DNA of 11,510 nt, from NCBI GenBank assembly GCA_048885925.1, contig JBHLLG010000092.1, positions 1 through 11,510 of the forward strand, given 5' to 3'. The notes beneath the pieces were generated by a model. The model made no database searches. It saw only the letters and a list, made by a program, of their open reading frames with translations, and was not told the DNA's origin. This document shows positions 1 to 6,567 of this stretch, in pieces. The stretch comes from Candidatus Hermodarchaeota archaeon. Its GTDB lineage: Archaea; Asgardarchaeota; Lokiarchaeia; Sigyniarchaeales; SOKP01. How positions within the stretch are numbered: position 1 is the stretch's first letter; the number at the start of each line of letters is the position of its first letter. Made by a program: the position numbers and the translations under genes.

Positions 1-32
1 TGAAAGAAATTGATTATGATCAAATATTTTAA
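1..32 (+). CDS. Possible 3' end of an upstream CDS (partial), ...KEIDYDQIF*
   Basis: Frame from nt 3 reads aaa gaa att gat tat gat caa ata ttt taa with host-like codons and a stop at 30-32. Too short to assign a product. Confidence 0.45.
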   Translation, partial: KEIDYDQIF

Positions 33-60
33 TTACCAATATCGCTTAGTATTAGTTAAA

Positions 61-90
61 TTATAAAATACAAGTTAAAATCATACAAGT
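61..90 (+). promoter_or_regulatory. TATA-like box (TTATAAAA 61-68) followed by a direct repeat ATACAAGT (68-75, 83-90)
   Basis: The box lies 26-33 nt upstream of ATG 94 with no SD motif, consistent with a leaderless archaeal transcript. Confidence 0.35.
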
Positions 91-93
91 ATA

Positions 94-1137
94 ATGAATT
101 CAAGGGAATTAACGCTTTCTGCAATTAAAGGAATACCTGAAAAAATTCCTTTTAATCCTTTTATCATGCATCTAGCAGCATCATTAGCGAATGTAGATTA
201 TAATCATGAATATTGTCAAAAACCAGAGGTTTTAGTTTATTCACAGATAAAATGTGCTGAATTTTTTGGTATCGATCATGTGAATGCATCTACTGATGCC
301 TATAGAGAAGCAAACGCTTGGGGAGTTGAGATTGATTGGGAGAGTCATACTCCCATCGCAAAAAGACACCTTAAAATTGAAGAATTTGAGTCAATAGAGC
401 CTCCAAATTTACTTGAGAATCAAAGAATCATGAATAGGGTAAATGCTGTTAAATTATTTTCTGAAAAAGTTGGTGGGAATCAATGCATAATCGGGTGGAT
501 TGAAGCTCCTTTTGCAGAAATCTGTTGTTTATTTGGATTAGTAAATGTTTTACTTCAATGTAAGAATCCAGACTGGGTTAGCAGAATAAAAAGATTAATA
601 GAAAGAACACTTCCTATACAAAAGGAGTTTGCTAAGTTACAGATTGAAGCAGGAGCTAACATAATTGGTGCAGGAGATTCCGCTATTTCACAAATAGGTC
701 CGATGAGATATGAAAAGTGTTGCTTAGGTGCTACAACGGAGCTTTTTGATTACATTCAAAAGAATGTGCCAGTATTGTATCATATTTGCGGCGATAACTC
801 CGTGGTTGATAAAGAAGGAAGAGATATGCTTAAACTAGTTTCAAGTACAAAAGCAGCCATTTTGGACTTAGATTATCAGGTAGATCTTAAATTAGCAAAA
901 GAAAAAATTGGTAAAAATAATTGTATCAGAGGAAATACCAATACTCAAATTCTTGGAAGCCCAAAATATTCAATTTTAAGGGTCATTGAAGAAATAACAA
1001 AAACAATCGAAGCTGGAAAACCCAAGGGGATGTACCAATGGTCTCCAGGATGTGAGCTTCCTTGGAGTCCATTAAACTTAGCTATTCGTAATTTAAGTAT
1101 AGCTAAATCAATAACGGAAAAAATGGGATATTATTAA
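94..1137 (+). CDS. Uroporphyrinogen decarboxylase superfamily protein, MtaA/CmuA-like Zn-dependent corrinoid methyltransferase
   Basis: 347 aa. Motifs MNSRE..LSAIKG, EAxAWG, GWIEAPF, QIEAGA.II..GDS, Zn-binding HxC (LYHICGD), IRGN and C-terminal SPGCELP are typical of the URO-D/MtaA family. Confidence 0.85.
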   Translation: MNSRELTLSAIKGIPEKIPFNPFIMHLAASLANVDYNHEYCQKPEVLVYSQIKCAEFFGIDHVNASTDAYREANAWGVEIDWESHTPIAKRHLKIEEFESIEPPNLLENQRIMNRVNAVKLFSEKVGGNQCIIGWIEAPFAEICCLFGLVNVLLQCKNPDWVSRIKRLIERTLPIQKEFAKLQIEAGANIIGAGDSAISQIGPMRYEKCCLGATTELFDYIQKNVPVLYHICGDNSVVDKEGRDMLKLVSSTKAAILDLDYQVDLKLAKEKIGKNNCIRGNTNTQILGSPKYSILRVIEEITKTIEAGKPKGMYQWSPGCELPWSPLNLAIRNLSIAKSITEKMGYY

Positions 1138-1169
1138 TTATAATCCAAACCTAAAAAGGAAATAAATCA

Positions 1170-1991
1170 CTAATTTTCTAACCATTTAATTTCTAATGGT
1201 GGTCGGGGTGTAGTTCTACGATATTTAACAGCAGGATAACCTAATGTAAAAGCTCCAAGTACTTGACCTTTTATTCCTAAAATGTTCAAAACTTCTCGAT
1301 TTATGGGAATTGCACCTTGTAACATCCCTATCCAACACGATCCAAGTCCAAGACTTTCAGCAGCGAGCATACCATAAGTCATAGCTATTCCTGCATCATT
1401 CGCACGAAATCCTATCATCGTAGTACCTTTCTCAACTGTTTCATAGTATAGAACAATTAAGTGAGGTGCATGATGAAAAACGCTTCTTCCAATAGATTTG
1501 AAATGTCTGAGTGCTTGTTCGCCTGATTGAAATCCCAAATATACATAATTAGTCTTAACAATTTCATCGTTCAGTGCTTCGATTTTTTTGGGATCAGATA
1601 AAATTAAGTATTTCCACATTCGGGCATTAGCAGCACTAGGAGCATACCTCATAACATTGAATATTTTTTCTATTAATTCTTTTGGAACTTTTTTAGGCTT
1701 ATAGCTTCTAATTGATCGTTTTGCCCGAATGAGTTTATAAATTGTATTATAATCTACAATATTTTCTGGTCTATCTATTCCTGGAAAAGTCTCAAGATCA
1801 TCTAGATCTTTTGTTATAATAGCCTCTTCTGGGCAAATTGCAATACAATGTCCACAAATATTACATGTATCTAAGCTTTCATTGAATATTACTTCTCCAT
1901 TTTCATTTAAATAAAAATAACCGCGCCTACATTCAAGGATACATTGTTTACAATTTGAACATTTTTCTTTATCAATACCAATAATTGACAT
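1170..1991 (-). CDS. Nitroreductase family protein with N-terminal 2x[4Fe-4S] ferredoxin domain
   Basis: CSNCKQCILEC and CNICGHCIAICP clusters; nitroreductase motifs KRSIRSY, APSAAN, LAAESLGLGSCWIG, LGYP. ATG at 1991 (MSIIGIDKEKC) preferred over TTG at 2000. Confidence 0.9.
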   Translation of the reverse strand: MSIIGIDKEKCSNCKQCILECRRGYFYLNENGEVIFNESLDTCNICGHCIAICPEEAIITKDLDDLETFPGIDRPENIVDYNTIYKLIRAKRSIRSYKPKKVPKELIEKIFNVMRYAPSAANARMWKYLILSDPKKIEALNDEIVKTNYVYLGFQSGEQALRHFKSIGRSVFHHAPHLIVLYYETVEKGTTMIGFRANDAGIAMTYGMLAAESLGLGSCWIGMLQGAIPINREVLNILGIKGQVLGAFTLGYPAVKYRRTTPRPPLEIKWLEN

Positions 1992-2136
1992 AAAAATCAA
2001 ATTTGTAATGAATTAATTATACTCTTTTTAATTAAATTATTAGTAGAATTAGAATTATATCAAATTTATAAATACACTTTTTTTATTTTTTTTTAAATAA
2101 AATACTAAGAAATCTTCTAAATAGTGAGTATTTATT

Positions 2137-2436
2137 ATGACTATTAGATATAAGCCAGAGAATTCTGATATCATAAAATCTCCATTATGGGATCTTATGC
2201 TTTCTACTAATGATTGTTATCCCGGATGCGGATGTTATGATGATATTTTTGATATGACTTTAGAACCTGTGAAAGCATGGGTTCTAGAGAATGATTCTAA
2301 ATTAGCATTAAGTCAAATAGATCAACTCCTTTCCAATCCTAAAATAGATATTGGAGATTTGCAATTACAGATGGGTATTCCTTTTCAAAATTTTGATGAA
2401 GAGAGATTGGTTAATGGAATGGAAAGGACTCATTAA
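2137..2436 (+). CDS. Small Cys-rich hypothetical protein, probably frameshifted near its 3' end
   Basis: 99 aa with CYPGCGCYDDIFD; the +1 frame from 2402 continues RDWLMEWKGLIKKSSNV* to 2455. Confidence 0.6.
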   Translation: MTIRYKPENSDIIKSPLWDLMLSTNDCYPGCGCYDDIFDMTLEPVKAWVLENDSKLALSQIDQLLSNPKIDIGDLQLQMGIPFQNFDEERLVNGMERTH

Positions 2437-2573
2437 AAAATCTTCAAATGTTTAAAAAATTATATAATTTGAAAATTAAATGACTATAATTAAACGAGAA
2501 GTTAAGAAAGTAAATCAAATAAAAAATACGTGAAGATATTAGAAGACTATACTCTTTTAAGATTCATACTTTT

Positions 2574-3086
2574 TTAGTTATAAAGATTTTTATAAAGTTT
2601 AAAAACATTGGATCTTTTAAGATAAATTCTTTTATCTTTTATCATCATTAGTTTGTAGAGTAAATAAAATATTCCAAAAATACCTATCAAATAACTTAAG
2701 GATATAACTACCCATTTTAATAGAATTAAATAAATAGAAGGAAACTCGTTAGGTTCTATAATATAAAGTAAATATATTTTCGATCCCCATATACCCGGGA
2801 GTTGAGTTCCAATAAAATGAACTTCTAAACCATTATGCATATATTCAGAATAATCATTAGGATTGATTATATCATGTGCACATAATATACCATTATCTTC
2901 AAATATTATGACATATCTACAAAGTGTATATCTGATTGTAGCATCACCGAACACGATTTTCCTACTCAAAACAAAATTTAAAGTAGCAAAAATAAGCAAA
3001 GCAATTACACCAAAAAGTTGTAAATTCTTTCTTTTTATTAATTCATCATTCCAACTAACTCCTTTTGATAATTTAGTGCTTTTCAT
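2574..3086 (-). CDS. Hypothetical membrane protein (N- and C-terminal TM helices flanking a soluble loop)
   Basis: 170 aa; hydrophobic segments LFGVIALLIFATLNFVL and IYLILLKWVVISLSYLIGIFGIFYLLY; basic termini. Confidence 0.6.
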   Translation of the reverse strand: MKSTKLSKGVSWNDELIKRKNLQLFGVIALLIFATLNFVLSRKIVFGDATIRYTLCRYVIIFEDNGILCAHDIINPNDYSEYMHNGLEVHFIGTQLPGIWGSKIYLLYIIEPNEFPSIYLILLKWVVISLSYLIGIFGIFYLLYKLMMIKDKRIYLKRSNVFKLYKNLYN

Positions 3087-3165
3087 TTAGAAGTGAACTT
3101 TTTTTATAAAATTTCTAATTTATTCTTCAAAAATATATATAATTCTTCAATTTAAAAACATTGGT

Positions 3166-3185
3166 ATGTTCAAACTTTCGAACAT
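3166..3185. promoter_or_regulatory. Imperfect palindrome ATGTTCaAActTTcGAACAT, candidate operator
   Basis: 8 of 10 positions pair, with perfect ATGTTC/GAACAT arms. It is centred in the divergent intergenic region 3087-3272 next to a wHTH regulator gene. Confidence 0.5.
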
Positions 3186-3272
3186 CTATTATCAGCAATT
3201 TATATTATAGAATTCAATAATGTTTAAAAACTGAAAATGGATAAAAAATATTAAGGAGGAAAAAGATTTACA

Positions 3273-4010
3273 ATGGTATTTAAAAAAGGATTAAAAAATG
3301 ATGAAAAATTTGAAAATTCTACAAAATCTACATCTCGAAAGATTTATTCAAAAAATTTCGTAATTTATTATCTTAAAAGAATTTTTCATTATCTTATTAT
3401 TCTACATGGGATAATGACAATTACATTTCTAATTTTTTCCACTCAAGGACAATTAATTTTTGATTTTTATTTTTATCTAACAATTTTTGTTTTTGTCGCC
3501 TATGGTTTAATAATCTTTGGCCTTAATTTTCTTTATAGACCTGAAACTGAGATAATATCTCATAAACCCGTAAAAGATATATTATTGGAGGGTAAAACAC
3601 TTCAAATTTATTGGTACATTTTTACTCATGGTTATGCGGGGATAAGAGAAATTCAGAAAGCGTTAAAAATTTCTTCTACTGGAACTGTTTCATATCAAAT
3701 ATCTAAACTAATAGATGAGGGAATTTTATCAAAAGATGATATAGAAGGAAAATATTATATAAAAGAAGAGATAAAAAAAGGTATTTTCAAATTTTATAGT
3801 CGTATTGGAAATTGGGTGGTCCCTCGAGTTTCTTTATATTTAATTATTTATATCTTTGGATTTATTTTATTTCTAATTTTCGTATTCATTCGTGGTACTC
3901 AATCTTTTACTGACCCAATGAGTTTACTTTTATTATTTTTCTTAATTCTCGGAACTATAATAATTATTTTTCAGACGCTAAAAGTACGGAAAATAAAACC
4001 AACCTCATAA
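3273..4010 (+). CDS. Membrane-anchored winged helix-turn-helix transcriptional regulator (2 TM + wHTH + 2 TM)
   Basis: LEGKTLQIYWYIF..GIREIQKALKISSTGTVSYQISKLIDEGILSK..GKYYI is a wHTH pattern, followed by RIGNWVVPR and two hydrophobic helices; two more hydrophobic helices lie N-terminal. AGGAGG lies upstream (3254-3259). Confidence 0.8.
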   Translation: MVFKKGLKNDEKFENSTKSTSRKIYSKNFVIYYLKRIFHYLIILHGIMTITFLIFSTQGQLIFDFYFYLTIFVFVAYGLIIFGLNFLYRPETEIISHKPVKDILLEGKTLQIYWYIFTHGYAGIREIQKALKISSTGTVSYQISKLIDEGILSKDDIEGKYYIKEEIKKGIFKFYSRIGNWVVPRVSLYLIIYIFGFILFLIFVFIRGTQSFTDPMSLLLLFFLILGTIIIIFQTLKVRKIKPTS

Positions 4011-4101
4011 TTGTCCTATTTATACAATTTTAATATAAATCTTTTTTATTGTTTTTTTCCTTATTACATTAATAAAAATTATTTACGATGAGGAGTTTAA
4101 A

Positions 4102-5481
4102 TTGAATTTTCGCAAGGAGAAAGATGTGCTAGGTGAATTGGAAGTTCCTAATGATGTTTATTGGGGAATTAACACTCAACGAGCCATTCAGAATTTTAAG
4201 ATTAGTGGAAAAAGGTTCCCTCCAATTTTTCTCACATCATTAGCCCAACTGAAAAAATCTTGTTTATTGGCAAATATGGAATTAGGTTTAATTGATAATG
4301 AAATTGGAGGAGCTGTATTAAAAGCCTTGGATGAGATTCTTATAGAAGAAAGATATTTAGATCAATTTCCAATAGATATTTATCAAACAGGGAGTGGTAC
4401 TCAGACTAATATGAATATGAATGAGGTGTTAGCTAATAGAGCTAGTCAAATTCTAGGTTTTCCATTGGGTAAAAAACATCCAGTCCATCCAAATGATCAT
4501 ATAAATAAGGGACAATCTTCAAATGATGTAATTCCAAGTACTATGCATATTTCAGCTTTACATATGTTACAAAAACTTTTCCCGACATTAAGTAGGCTAA
4601 AAGAATATTTAGAAAAGAAAATTGAAGAATTTAAAGGTATTGTAAAAGTAGGGCGAACACATCTTCAAGATGCCGTACCAATACCATTATCGATGGAGTT
4701 TCAAGTATATAAGAGACAAATTGAAATTAATATAGAAAGGTTAAAAAATGCTTTTGATGAATTACATTTTCTTCCGATCGGTGGAACTGTATTAGGAACA
4801 GGCTTAAATACACATAAAAATTTTGCTAAAATTACAGTTTCTCACCTCTCGAAGATAACTAATATTCCATTTAAAATTAATCCTGTAAAAGCGGAAGGTA
4901 TTGCTTCTCATAACGCAATTGTTAATCTTAGTGGAAATCTTAGGTTATTAGCTCTATCATTATTGAAAATGGCTAATGATATACGTTGGATGGGAAGTGG
5001 ACCACGAGCAGGATTATCTGAACTAATCTTACCCCAAAATGAACCTGGATCATCAATAATGCCTGGTAAGATAAATCCAACTCAATCTGAAGCGCTTATT
5101 CAAGTCTGTCTACGAGTAATTGGAAATGATTCTGTTGTTTCATTGGGAGAGGCGTATGGTAGCATACTGGATTTGAATGTTTGTAAACCTCTCATGATAA
5201 TAAATATACTTGAGTCAATTAAAATATTAATCGGAGGAATTCATTCATTTATCGATAATTGCCTAATAAATTTAGAGGCTAATAAAGATCATCTTAATGG
5301 ACAATTAGACAGGATCCTTATGGTTATTACTAAATTAACACCCATAATTGGATATGATAAGTGTGCTGAGATTGCCCAGACGGCATTTAAATCTGGCAAG
5401 ACATGTAAACAAGTGATAACAGAGATGGGCTTAAAAATAAAGAATTTAGATGAATTATTGGATCCAAAAAAGATGATATAA
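4102..5481 (+). CDS. fumC: Class II fumarate hydratase
   Basis: YWGINTQRA, QTGSGTQTNMNMNEV (TGSGT is FumC-type rather than AspA GGAGT), HPNDH, SSND, GRTHLQDA and signature GSSIMPGKINP. TTG start with GAGGAG SD-like motif upstream. Confidence 0.93.
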   Translation: MNFRKEKDVLGELEVPNDVYWGINTQRAIQNFKISGKRFPPIFLTSLAQLKKSCLLANMELGLIDNEIGGAVLKALDEILIEERYLDQFPIDIYQTGSGTQTNMNMNEVLANRASQILGFPLGKKHPVHPNDHINKGQSSNDVIPSTMHISALHMLQKLFPTLSRLKEYLEKKIEEFKGIVKVGRTHLQDAVPIPLSMEFQVYKRQIEINIERLKNAFDELHFLPIGGTVLGTGLNTHKNFAKITVSHLSKITNIPFKINPVKAEGIASHNAIVNLSGNLRLLALSLLKMANDIRWMGSGPRAGLSELILPQNEPGSSIMPGKINPTQSEALIQVCLRVIGNDSVVSLGEAYGSILDLNVCKPLMIINILESIKILIGGIHSFIDNCLINLEANKDHLNGQLDRILMVITKLTPIIGYDKCAEIAQTAFKSGKTCKQVITEMGLKIKNLDELLDPKKMI

Positions 5482-5597
5482 TCTCTAAGATTAAAATTTA
5501 ATCAACTAAGTTAAAAAAAATAATCTAAATAATGAAACGAGTATTTTAACTCAATTCTGCTTTTTTAATCCAAAACGTTTAAAAACAAATTCTTTAA

Positions 5598-5607
5598 TTT
5601 TTTTTTT
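5598..5607 (+). terminator. T10 tract downstream of fumC, possible archaeal oligo-T terminator
   Basis: Run of 10 T about 120 nt after the fumC stop in a convergent intergenic region. Confidence 0.25.
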
Positions 5608-5609
5608 AC

Positions 5610-5684
5610 AAAAGAATGTATATTTGGATAGGTCGAAATGCCACTCAAGCATTAAAGAAACACATCTCAAATATTCGGGTTTAA
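5610..5684 (+). pseudogene. Gelsolin-domain-like coding fragment KRMYIWIGRNATQALKKHISNIRV*
   Basis: Direct translation with ATG at 5616 and TAA at 5682-5684. YIWIGxxA matches the hydrophobic-x-W-x-G core strand of gelsolin/villin repeats; the stretch is more GC-rich than its flanks. Confidence 0.5.
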
Positions 5685-5690
5685 TTAAAA

Positions 5691-6473
5691 TTACTTTAAT
5701 TGCCCGTAAAAAACTTCAGTATCATATTCAAATTGGATAAAGCCATTAATCTCATATTTATTGAAAATTTTTCTCAAATCAAGCATCATCTTATTATAAT
5801 TTGGATGATCATCTAATGGTATGTATGAAGTCGAGAGTAATCTACCTTTCAAACCTTCAAAATCAAGAATTTGAACATTATAGAATGTTTCTTTCTTATA
5901 GATTATTTTCGATTTGTTTTCCCCAAAAAATTTATCATAATCAAGTTTCTTTTTCTCAATAGCCTTGTAATCTGTTCCATAATTTAAGAGTAAAACTTCA
6001 TATTCTTCTAGGAATTTATTATTAAGTTTTCTACGACGATTCCAGATTAAAATGACCCACCCATTAGGTTTAAGAATATGCAAAAACTCAATTTTAGCTT
6101 TCTCTAAATCAAACCAATGAAAAGCTTGTCCTACAGTTATTATATCAATTATATTTGGTTCTAAAGTTGTGTTTTCTGCTGACCCTTCAATACTAATAAA
6201 TTGAGAATATTTTCTTAATAGAGTTTCAGCTGCACTCCTCATATCTTTATTTGGTTCAATCCCATATACTCTATTACCTTCCTTTAAAAATAATTCACTT
6301 AAAATTCCTGTTCCCGAACCAATGTCTGCAATTACAGAATTTCTCGTTAAAATCTTTTTCTTTTTAAGGAATGTAGTTACTTCATAAGGATATTTAGGTC
6401 TATATTTAATATAATTTTCTACTCTAGATGAGAAGCGTTTTTTTGGATCTAATTTAAAACCATTATCAGCCAT
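5691..6473 (-). CDS. Class I SAM-dependent methyltransferase
   Basis: RFSSRVENYIKYRPKYP N-terminus, motif I IADIGSGTG, GIEPN, GSAENT, VGQAFHWFD, ILKPNG. GGAG upstream on the minus strand. Confidence 0.9.
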   Translation of the reverse strand: MADNGFKLDPKKRFSSRVENYIKYRPKYPYEVTTFLKKKKILTRNSVIADIGSGTGILSELFLKEGNRVYGIEPNKDMRSAAETLLRKYSQFISIEGSAENTTLEPNIIDIITVGQAFHWFDLEKAKIEFLHILKPNGWVILIWNRRRKLNNKFLEEYEVLLLNYGTDYKAIEKKKLDYDKFFGENKSKIIYKKETFYNVQILDFEGLKGRLLSTSYIPLDDHPNYNKMMLDLRKIFNKYEINGFIQFEYDTEVFYGQLK

Positions 6474-6567
6474 TATAAAGAGACTCCGTAATCTATTTGC
6501 TCTTATTTTTAGATTTAAAAATTAAAAAGAAAAAATATATTTTAAAAAGGAAAATATCATTATGCAT

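Noticed and set aside
2863-3090. 75-aa + strand ORF
   Set aside because: Antisense shadow of the membrane protein 2574-3086 with no motifs.
4102-5481. Aspartate ammonia-lyase (aspA) as an alternative call
   Set aside because: TGSGT and SSND motifs are FumC-type; AspA typically has GGAGTS and STND.
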